A stretch of 64,000 nt of DNA from Camelus dromedarius (Eukaryota), in assembly GCF_036321535.1 (NCBI RefSeq), contig NC_087436.1:69566001-69630000 (forward strand), read 5' to 3'. Positions 53,230 to 64,000 of the stretch are shown one piece after another; the stretch's first letter is position 1; each line of letters begins with the position of its first letter. The notes under the pieces are model-generated. The model was given only the letters and a program-made list of their open reading frames with translations. It made no database searches and had not been told where the DNA came from. Made by a program: the position numbers and the translations under genes.

Positions 53230-54229
53230 AACAAAACATCAACATACTCAAAGTTGCGTAAAAGGTCAATCGGTATAGATACACAGAGTCGCAGGATTAT
53301 AAATGTGGAGAAACGTGAATATTTTCCGAAGGAAATCCACCTTGCAGCTAAGACCTTGTGTTCACATTCCTTTCAGAATAGGTAGTCAGACATGTAATTA
53401 AGTAAGTAAAACACAGTGGTATAGATTTATGGTCAAACTATGCACAAGGTCAGATGACTTCTACCTGGCGAGTTAGAAATTACGCAGGAGATGAGCTCTG
53501 AGTCAAGTATCAGAGTCCAAGACTCTCACCAATTAATGTAGGATGAGGGGGAAACAGCATCCCAGGTAGTGAAGCAGTGTAAACAAAGGAGCAGTGGCAA
53601 CAACAGACCAGGGCATAAAGAGAACTTTGTACAACTAGGCTTAGTATAATGAAAAACAAAGCTGCAATGTCTAGTGGAGAAAGGCACAAAGCTAAGTGGT
53701 CTGTGCATAACCTCAGGCAGTGGGGAGGTTCAGGGGAGTGTTACAGCTTTTACACAAAAAGTTGAATGTTCAGCTTGACATTTGAAATGGCTCTGGCACC
53801 AATTTTTGGCTCTGGCACCAATTTCAGGGTAGAATAGAGAAATCTGGGGGAGGAGGCAGAAAGGCCTCACTCTCACTAATTTGTAACGTGACTATAGGTT
53901 CAGGGAGAAGGGAGATGGGGTCTCTGGCAGCCTTTTATGAAGGGCTTTCACTGGGGCAATGGTGAGAGAAGGCCCTGGGCAAGAGAGGTGGTTACCTTTA
54001 GCTCTGAGGAGCACATACCGTATATATGGCATCACACAGGGTCAGGATGGTTACCTTGCAGCTTTTCTCCCGGAGGGAGATGGGAAATAGGTGAGTAGAA
54101 AGATGAGTCTTTACAACTTTTCAATACAGTATCTTAGTCAAAGACTCCATACCTTAGAGGACATCCCTTCAATAGTAAAGGATTATAGGACACTGCGGGT
54201 TTCTAACAGAGTCTTCCTACAGAGTTGTA

Positions 54230-54420
54230 ACCATATGGGTCTCACAATGTGATACCCCAGACCTGCAGCATCTATATCGTCTACAAATTTTAAAAACACA
54301 GATTGTTGGACAGTACCTCAAATCCCCTGAATCATAAACTCTGAAATTGGAGTCCATAATCTATATATTAATTAGCTCTCTAGATGATTCTGAAGCATGT
54401 TAAATTTGAGACTTGCTGGT
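54230..54420. mobile_element. MER5A-like hAT element (second partial copy at about 55290-55390)
   Basis: ccccagacctgcagcatc...ctgaatcataaactctg...gatgattctgaagcatgttaaatttgagac. Confidence 0.65.
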
Positions 54421-54521
54421 CTAACTCATTCCAAAGATCATATTAGCTGATAACTTAAGGAGAAGAAATAATTGGGCCATAATATCCATCCATTTGAGGC
54501 ATGATCAGAATACAGTTTTCA

Positions 54522-54609
54522 GGGGGGAGGGTAGAGCTCAGTGGTAGAGCACATGCTTAGTGTGCACGATGTCCTGGGTTCAATCCCCAGTCCCTCCACT
54601 GAAAAAAAA
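54522..54609 (+). mobile_element. tRNA-derived SINE (Vic-1-like), short form
   Basis: ggggggagggtagagctcagtggtagagcacatgcttag...ctgggttcaatccccag followed by an A tail. Confidence 0.85.
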
Positions 54610-55449
54610 GAGGATATATTTTCCATCAATGTCACAGCTGAAGTTATTTGTGAATGTTTACATCATGTATAAACATTATATTGCTCAGTAAAGAACAGGT
54701 TTAAGTAAAACCGTTTGCAATTTCAGGCATATTCAATTCCATAAACACAACTTAGTTATAAATAGAATCTTATTTACATTTTTTCACATCTCATTCTATT
54801 AACAATAGAGCCATTGTTAATACTCTGATCTGTCATTTCACTAACCCTGGTTGACCTTGAAAAAAAGGAATCAAATTTATTCTGTTTGGGGGGTTTACTA
54901 GGAAATTCCCAGAACTAATTTTTTCCTTTTTATAAAAGTGTACCACTGTATTACATTAATATCTAACCTAGATTGACTGTTACTATGTGCCAAGTACAAT
55001 GGTAATCCTCAGAAAATGATAAAGTCAGCAAAATTATCATTTACATTTTGCATATAAAGAAACAGGAGCACAAAGGTGATAGGGAATGCAGCCAACATCC
55101 TTCACCTAGGAGGTGAGAGCCAGAATGGTCATCCCAAAATCCATGCTAATTCTTTTCTAAATAATGTGTTAAAATTCCCTCTTGTTTGTTTGTTTAAGTC
55201 AGGCTTGTTGAGATACACTGGATAAAAAGTAAAAGTCACCATCCTTCGTGGGCCAGTCACTACCCACCTCTCCTATTCTCTTCCTTTGCAGTGGTGGTTC
55301 TTAGAGTGTGGTCCCCAGACCAGCAGCATCAGCATCACCTGGAAAGTTGCTAGTCCACCCCAGTCATACTGAATCAGAAACTCAGGAGGGCATGAGAACC
55401 AAAGCACATATCGTTTTTAATACATTTAACATAAACAGGGATACACACA

Positions 55450-55915
55450 ATTGGATATGCTGAAACGGAAATGACACTCTGCCTCTGCGGTCTTCCTCCC
55501 CAAAACCCATGACTCCAGTCTAATGATGAGACAAACATCAGACAAATCCCAACTGAGGAACATTCTACAAAATACTGGACAGTTATTTTTCAAAATAATA
55601 ATTAAGGAAGGTCATGAAAAAAGAAAAACTGTCACAGCCAAGAGGAGCCTGGGAGACATAAGAACTGAATGTTCTCATGGTATCTTACAGAGAATCTTGG
55701 AACAAAAAAAGGACATTAAGCAAGAACTAAGGATAGCTGAATCAAGTATGGACTTTAGTTAATATTAATATATCAACACTAATTAATTCATTGTAACAAA
55801 ATGCACTGTCGTAATGTAAGATGTAATAGAGAAAATTGAGTGTGAGATACATGGAAATTCAACTAACTTTACAATTTTTCTGTAAATATAAAACTATTCT
55901 AAAATTAAAACACTG
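55450..55915 (+). mobile_element. Old L1 (L1MC/MD-like) 3'UTR
   Basis: ccagtctaatgatgagacaaacatcagacaaatcccaactgaggaacattctacaaaatac...aaactattctaaaattaaaa. Confidence 0.75.
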
Positions 55916-57439
55916 CTAAAATAAATACTGGGATGTTAATTCAACTTAACAGTTAGAAAAAAGAATAATATTTCAGAATAAACTCAAATTATACAGAACT
56001 CAATATTACAAAAAAAGTAGAAAATGAAAGAATTCTCAGAAAAGAAAAGCAGTCATACAAGTTTTTTCTTTGAAATAAAGATTAAAGTTGGGAAAACCCA
56101 AGTGAGATAAACTAAGATAAAAATATCACACATATATACAATATGGGAAATTAGAACAAGTTATTTAAGTGATGAGACATCTTTTTTGCCAAAAAATTTT
56201 AAAAATGGATAAAATGGAGATAGTCTTGACAAATATGATTTAATCAATAATAACTATAAAGAGATCAACATCATTGTTTTGATTACATTTATTTAATGAT
56301 TTTGGAATACTACCACATTAAGAAACTTAATAATTTAATATGCATTAAATAATACTATAGACTTTAAAAATTCATCAGGGAATTTGTGACTTTATAGAAA
56401 ACAAATATCAGGTTCAATGGTTTTAGAGGAGAGGTGTATTAAATATTCAAAGAAAGACTGTTTGTTCATGTTTTTAATTCCTGATGGTGTTAAAAGTGAT
56501 ATTCTCTTCAGCTCCAGTAGGAGGAGGTAAAACCTAAGGATTTTTAAAGGAAGGAGCAGACAAGAAACTTTGAAAGCTAAAAGGAAAACTAGACTTCAAG
56601 ATTTATTTTAACTCCAAACACCTTTGTGAGACGTATTTCAAATCTTAAGGAAATTCAAAGTTTTGCTTTCTAGGTTAGGTATTTTCTGACCATTCCAAAT
56701 GAAAATATTTGAATTTTGTGTCTGGGGAAGATTCGTGGTAGCAAAGGGATGTTAATGAATGGACTAGGGACAATTACAAAGTACCACCTAGCCTCCTTTC
56801 CCCTACTCCCCCTCTGACTTCTCCCCTTCTCCCTCTCTTCCTTCTTCTTCTTCTCTCTCTCTCTCTCACGAACAACCAGGGGAGACTTAATTCCCTCTCT
56901 ACCCCATAGGTTTGAGAAGAGACAATAGATCCATTTTAATTTCAATCCCTTTCTTTTCAGGAAAAAATGTCACCTTTGATCACTAGGTGGCATCAAAGAG
57001 CTACATAATATGCTCAGATGACGCTGCAAAATAAAAGAGAAAAACTAGATAGATCCTTAATAAATTATCTTTCTTTAGTTAGGCAGGTTAGGACTCTGTA
57101 CCTGGATTAAAATAATGTCAAATACATTTTTTAAAAATTTCCTGAAAGAGAACCTGTTGATCATTTAAAGATTACAGCAAAATACATTAGTTACAAGTTC
57201 TACAATGAATACATGAGTTTATCATATAAATTATTTTATCTTTGTTGAAAAATAGCATAACTAACTTCATTTGTCTAGACATTTCTACCATCAGTGGATC
57301 AGGTCCTAGACATTTAAAACCATTAGGTACTCGACATCAAAATGCACAAATAAATTTGTTATCTACCTGTATGTCCTTGTTAGTTCCTTTGTGTTTATGT
57401 CAAGGCTCTGGGATTAGGGATGAATAGCTAATTCAATTT

Positions 57440-59200
57440 CAAATCAATTAAAAATGATCAATTTATGGCCAAGCATATTGCCAGTACTGCAAGTTGCTGA
57501 TTACACAACAATGTCTATCCTTGCCCTCAGTGAATTCATAGTCAAGAGGGAAGACAAGAATATAAATAGGCAACTAAAATATGGTGCTGAGAAAATACAA
57601 GGCAGATCACATGAAAATTAAACACCGTCCAGAAGTCCTCAGAGCAGGATCACCTAACAAACAGTAGAGAAGAGGTGCTGAGGCAGGGGTAGCCCAGGAA
57701 GAGAAGGGTGGAGTGGAGCAGTACGAAATGAGAACATTCCAGGTGAAGGAAATCACATGCAGAGGACTGGAAGAATAAGAGCCTCACGCATTCTTGAAGC
57801 CAAGCAAAGTCTGTTGGGGCTTTATCCTTGAGCAAAGGATGGGGAGGGAGGTGGCGAGAGGTGAGGCCAAAGGAGTCAGCAATGCTCATATCTTGCAGGG
57901 ATTTAGTGGTGAGTTTAGGTTACTAACTATGATCATATAAGCAATGAGAAGCCAAGGGAAAAAAGGGTTTCAATAAGACAGATATTAAGATTAGCTTTGA
58001 ATTTTTGAGAGATCGCTTGGACTGAAGTGTGAAGCACAGGTTGGACAGGAACAGCATCAGAGGCAGAGAGGGGGTGAAGTGGCTAGACTGTTCCAGTAAG
58101 CTGATGGTGGCTTACCTAGAAATGGGACATTTGGTGAGTGGACTGAAAAACATTTAATGCTACACTGGCTGCCGGGAAAAGACATAGAGCAGTTGAGGAT
58201 GGTATGCAGGTAGCTGGACTAAGTCATCGAAGGAATGATCTAGGGAGACAAGAGCTAGGCTCAGGCAGAAGGTAACGTGTTCCTTTTAGATGTACTGCAG
58301 CTGAGTTTTCTGACTTTCTCCTTAGGGTTCTTCATCTCAGTGAAAGGCACTAACATTCACACATGTGTTATTTCCCTTACCCTCTATATCCAAATTATCA
58401 CAAAGCTCAATACATAAATTCCTTTCTAAAGTCTCTTAATCTGTCCAGTTTTTTTCGTCGCCACCAACCCTCTTATTTAAACACTATCATCTCTTATTTG
58501 TATGACCTCAGAGGCTCTGAGCCGGTCTCCCCTCTTTCTCTCTTCCCCTACTGCAATCTGCTCTGCACTCTGAAGCCAGCATGAGCTTTTTAGTACATAA
58601 ATCTGATCTTGTCACCTCCCACTATTCCTACTACTTAAAACCTTTCAATAGTTTCCTTTTGTTCTCAGAATTAAGACCAAATCCTTAATTGGCCTACAAA
58701 TCCCCAAATGACCTGGCTTCTACCTTTCCAGTATCACGTATCACCTTTCCCCTGCCCATCCCCCCATTCATTCTCCTCCACTCCAACAAACACTGGGTCC
58801 TTTTGTCCTGCAATTGCATCTTGATCCTCTTTTGAAAGGCTCTGAATATTCATTCTATTTTTCACTAGAAATTTTCTCCAATACCCATTTCAACTCTTTC
58901 TCATTCCATTGACTGTGGCTTTCCAAACCAGCTCTTGGGCAAACAGCTTTTACTGACCTGTCTACATCAAACACCTCCTTCACAGGCCCCCACACACTGC
59001 GTGCCTCTCCATTGTTGTATTTGTCAAAGTTACACTTTTGCATATGTGTGCGCAATTACGCTAGTGTCTCCTGATTCACCAAGCTTCAGGTTTCGTGAAG
59101 ACAAGACTAGGTCTGATTTTAATTCATCTTTGGGTTTCCAGAACCTAGTCTGTGGTTGGCAAATGGTGAACACACATAATTCTTACTTCTTGAATGAGTC
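57440..59200. mobile_element. L2 fragments (about 57440-58300 minus; about 58320-59200 plus)
   Basis: Degenerate L2 3'-region hallmarks (acattccaggtgaaggaaatcacatgc; aaatctgatcttgtcacc...aaaacctttcaatagtttcc). Confidence 0.55.
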
Positions 59201-60137
59201 GGTGTAGGCAGAGAAGTAGAGTGTACATTTCATAGATAGATACGAAGCTTAAGAGACAAGCCTGTGTGGGTCATATGACACAGGTGTCTTTAGAAAAAAA
59301 AATGTGGCTAGAGCAACAGAGGAACTACATTTTTAATAGCACTTCATTTTACTTACTTAAAATTTAATTTTTAAATAACCACATGTGGCTAGGGGCTTCT
59401 TTTGGACAGTGCAGATTGAGAACTGGGATATTAACAATTTGGCTTGAAAGGATAGTGGAGCTAGGAAGTTCAAAATGTTGGCAATAGAATGGCTGAATGG
59501 ACCATGGATTCTAAGTCATTTGGAAAGAAGTTAATAGAAATAAGGAAAAATATTGGTGTTTTTGAAGCAGATGTCCCTTAAAGTACAACTATAGTTGTAG
59601 AAATAGCCAAATAAGATAGCTAATAGAAGCTTAGGACACTGAGACAAAAACTGAATATATTCAAATTTAGCTTTTTAGAAATGGAGGAATTCTAGGTAAT
59701 TAATCAACACTGAGGTAAACCTTACAGATAGGCTGTAGAAGTGAAGTTGAAATGGGAACAAGGAGGTGGGTGGATTGAAGCAGTGACTCTTGACTAGATT
59801 GGATGAAGCTCTTAACTCTCCCCATTTGAGGAGCAGGAAGTAACTTGTAGAACTGGTTTTGATTATTTACAAGAATGGGGAGGGGTTGCTACTTGTATTT
59901 AGGGGCAAGTCAAGAATCCCCAATATCCTGAAATAAATGAAACAGACTCAAGTAAAATTAAATTAAATTAAATTAAAAGTCCTTTCATAATGCCAATAGG
60001 ACCACCATAGAAAATCAATGCCTAGGACTTTGGATGAACCATGTAAAAACGTTGAACTATCTCTTGATAGAACTTGGAAGCAAGAAGAGGATTTTGAGAA
60101 AGAGGTCAGAGCCCTCAGTGATTAAGTTTATGATGCG

Positions 60138-60390
60138 AGGAAGATGTGGTACATATACAGTGAAATACTACTCAGCCTAAAAAAAAAATAAAATAATGCC
60201 ACTTGCAGCAACATGGATGGAACTGAAGATTGTCATACTAAGTGCAGTGAGCCAGAGAGAGAAAGGCAAATACAATATGATATCACTTATATGTAGAATC
60301 TAAAAGAGAGAGAGAGAGAAACAAATGGACTTATTTACAAAAAAGAAACAGAATCACAGATATAGAAAACAAACTTGTGTTTCCCAGGGG
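60138..60390 (+). mobile_element. L1 ORF2-end/3'UTR fragment
   Basis: atgtggtacatatacagtgaaatactactcagcc...gcagcaacatggatggaactga. Confidence 0.8.
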
Positions 60391-61178
60391 CAAATTGATC
60401 TAGGGTCAAAGTATACATATTTTCTTATCTCTTTTAAAGCATTTGAAGTGATATTTAGATGTTATATTCTTTAATTTGTATCTCTCATTCATGTATTCAG
60501 TCAGTAATTATTTGCCACTAATTATGTTAGGCAATGCACACTTCCTCCCTTTCAGGAACTTACATTCCTGGAAAAAATAAGTAAATGACCAATATGGTGA
60601 GCTAAGTGTTGTGATAAGATAGGAAGTAGGGGCTTAGAATACAGAGGAGAGGCACTTAACTAGACGTAGAGGTTATGGAAAGTTTAAAGTTTTAGCCAGG
60701 GGAGCAACATTTTCATATATAAGATTAGCAATATCTCTGAAGATGCAGTGTGGAAAAGTCAAGTCCAATCAGGTTGTTCCAGCAAATGGAGAAGGATGGA
60801 GATTGTGTGAAGATTACATTGGGAGGAGGAGGGAGGAAGTTGACTTGTGAGAGACTAAAAGGGTAGATTTGGTGGAACTTGTATGTAATTGATTGTAGAG
60901 GTTACTGAAAAGTGACACATCTAAGATGACACTTTGGCCTAGACCCTTGGTTACTGGTGACATTCATTGTTAAGAATAATATTATAAAGGTTACAGTTTT
61001 GCTTTCATTGATAATTTTCCTTCTTAAATTCCCATTCATTTACCACATCATTATGTTGTATTAAGATGTAATTCCTCTTATTGCAAGTAAATAATTTAAC
61101 GTTTGACAGGATAAATCCCAGAACATTTCAAACTCTATTATGTTTTTTCAGCACAGTCACCAGAGAATTCAGCAGGGG

Positions 61179-61179
<1 letters not shown>

Positions 61180-61223
<44 letters not shown>
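61180..61223. repeat. (TG)22 microsatellite
   Basis: Directly visible. Confidence 0.95.
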
Positions 61224-61226
<3 letters not shown>

Positions 61227-62649
61227 ATGGGAGCCAGGAGTGTTACTCATTTCTAGGAAGAATGCTCAAGAAATCAGATGAGAAAAGTATGTGTGTCTTT
61301 GGCTAGTCAAGTTGTGATGATCCTGTGCTTGAATGTTTCCTTTTTCCCATCGATAAAATAAATTGCATTGCAAATATAATTATTGTATATCAGTGTAGTG
61401 TCAGCTCTGAGGCTGCCTGTCGGGGTTCAGATCTTGGCTCTGTCACTTATCATCTTACCACAGGCAAACTGTTTAACTGCTCTTAAACTCAGAATCCATA
61501 TGTGTAAATGAGATATAATTTCATAGGGTGTTTGTAAAGATTAAAAGGCATAATTTATGTAAAGTTCTTAAAACTTTATAATCATTCAATAAACATTAAC
61601 TATTATTAAAATTTAAAAAGTCTAATGCTGTTTTTTTAGGTGCATGGAAGATGGTACAATGTAATTATTAAAAATCTTGAACATTTTCCTAATAAAAATT
61701 TTGATGGAATTTATGTACAAGGACAAGTGATTAATATCAATATAATCTCTATGTCTCTATAGACCATACAAATATGTCATAAATATGACACACACACATG
61801 CATATATACACACATTTATATACAAATATATACATACATATGTAAATCTAGATAATTTGAATCTAATGCCTAATATGGACAGTTTTAATTAGAGATAATA
61901 AAATTCACCTCCTGAACATAATTCCATAAATACATATCTACATGCCCATCAAACTCTCAACCAGGTTCTTGTTCTGACTCTACCCTGTCCATCAGTCTTT
62001 CCTTGATATCTTAACTGGAATTATATTCTCTCTATTCTATAGAATGATAACATTTCTTGGAATGCTTATCATTTTCTGCTTTTATTACAGCTGGTACTGT
62101 GCTCATTTATCTCCCTTTCTACACTCTAGTCTCCCTAAAGCCAAGGAGCACATTGTAAAGTATCTTTGCATAATCTGTATCAGCTAGTATACTATTTTGC
62201 ACACAGTAGATTATTCACCAGTATTGTTGAATAAATGGACAAATGGCACTTCAGCAAATGGATTTTGTCCAGACACAAATTCCTATGAAGTCATGCAGTT
62301 AATAGCAAAAGAAATGAATGGATCAGTTCAGATGTAAATTAAAAGGGTTTGGTGGTAATCGTGTTAAATGAAAGTCCATACTATGTATAAAGCAGGTATT
62401 CATAACTCAACACTTGCCTATGGGAACACAGCCCAGTGCTATCAAGTTATCTGATTTATTAAGAGAAGCTAGAATTACCAAATTATAAATAAATTATTTA
62501 AATGTTTCAGACCAAATAAAGTATTCAGCCTTTGTGACATCAGTTGGTCATCTCAGATATTATAACGTGTGCCGAGTAAGCCAGATGCTCCGTTTATCTT
62601 CCCATCATCCCTATCTCCCTCCTTCTCCTTCTTCCCTATGACTCCTACT

Positions 62650-62875
62650 TTTTTTTTTTAACATTTTTTATTGAGTTATAGTCATTTTACAATGTTGTGT
62701 CAAATTTCAATGTAGAGTACAAATTTTCAGTTATACATGAGATTACATATATTCATTGTCACATTTTTTTTTCGCTGTGAGCTACGACAAGACCTTGTAT
62801 CTATTCCCCTGTGCTATACAATACAATCTTGTTCATCTATTCTGCATATGCCTGTCAGTATCTACAAATTTTGAA
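62650..62875 (-). mobile_element. 5'-truncated L1 with 14-bp TSD
   Basis: Poly-T tail; ctatgactcctact (62636-62649) and ctatgcctcctact (62876-62889). Confidence 0.85.
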
Positions 62876-64000
62876 CTATGCCTCCTACTCTTGACACTCT
62901 TTTCTTCTAAACTCCCATGCCCTCTCACATATTGAATTTCCTCTCCTTCTACTCCCGTCTCCCATAGTTTTGGGTTCTAGCTCAAAGGCAGAGGAAAGCT
63001 TATTCAGGAATGCCATCACCATTTAGCTACTCACCAAACCAAATATCTGATCTGCAAACAGGTAGTTGCAGGAGGAGAATTTGAGGATGAAAGCTCAAGG
63101 CGTCAAGGAAGGTTTTGGATCATCATTTGAATTCGGGGGGCCAAGGCACAGTTCAACTGTTATCTGAACAGCAAAGGGAAAGAATAAATTTGAACCCCAT
63201 GGGCCACACGACAAGATCAGGACAAAAATACATTATACGATGGAAAAACTAAGCTAAAAAGCAAAAGTCTGGTGAAACTGATTTCGAATTGAGATTCCTA
63301 GGGTCCTCAACAGCGGCTTTGGTCCCTTGTCAGCCATTTACTGGTGAGGTGTGATCTGGGGTTGCTAATTAGACATTTCAACCATAGTTAACTATATTTG
63401 TCTTATAATATAAATGTAACTACCACTTTTAGAATTAACTTTTTGAAGTGGAGGTCTCTTTTTTATCTCATCTGCAACAGCTGATCCATGCTCATATTCA
63501 CATAATAGGTCATAATTATCATCTTTATCATTATCTGTTATAATAATAATTTTTTTCTGTCTCTACTTCTTTTCCAAATACTAAAGAATTAAATGTTTGT
63601 TTTTTCCTGAGCCTAGCTTAGCCTTAGATTCTGAGAAGGATAAGTATTAACCAAGTTTGTCAAGTTATATTTTTAACTGTGAGAACTGCTATGTCGATAT
63701 TAGCAGATCAGCAATAGAACTTTTAATTCTATTAGGTGGTGTAAAATTTTTTTAGGCTACATAATTTGATTAGGTCTTTTTCTAGTCTTTTTCTCTTCAG
63801 TGTTATGAAATTCCAAGCTTAAAGGGCAAGTGTGAAGTAACTACAGTCCTCCTTTAGATTAAAATATGGTTAATCTATGTTATAGGTGATATAGATTCAA
63901 AGAATAGTTTGTTCTTTTTCACATTTATCCATGTAATTTTGGCTGAAGAAAGATACTGACAGTGGAGAAAGTGTGTCACTAAAATATGCCTAGCAAAGAA

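Noticed and set aside
54522..54600. tRNA-like sequences here and at 8200, 18500, 18610, 21990 and 29440
   Set aside because: They have A-rich tails, most have TSDs, and the copies are diverged, so they are SINE heads rather than tRNA genes.
56000..64000. Casein (CSN1S1) promoter or exons
   Set aside because: I found no casein signal-peptide exon or recognisable casein promoter; adjacency is inferred from synteny only.

Overview
AT-rich, CpG-poor mammalian genomic DNA, probably camelid: it carries several copies of a tRNA-derived SINE resembling the Tylopoda Vic-1 family, and the protein has an artiodactyl-type N-terminus. The only protein-coding gene I can support is an intact estrogen sulfotransferase, SULT1E1, on the minus strand. 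It has seven coding exons (21806-21659, 19848-19723, 18955-18858, 15025-14899, 12998-12904, 9780-9600, 7423-7311; 888 nt, 295 aa), all with GT-AG junctions, plus a non-coding exon 1 near 25856-25958. The remaining ~38 kb upstream is intergenic and repeat-rich (solo ERV LTRs, MLT1, L1, L2, Tigger and MER elements). By conserved synteny it should lead toward the casein cluster (CSN1S1), which is not in the window. I found no wholly new gene system. The best leads are: a same-strand LTR with a splice donor that could act as an alternative SULT1E1 promoter; a natural Ser at the position of redox-sensitive human Cys83; inverted SINE pairs inside the gene; candidate CTCF border sites and STAT5 motif clusters; and an unidentified foldback-like element at 48.2 kb. 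Repeat family names and cross-species comparisons come from memory, and repeat boundaries are approximate.
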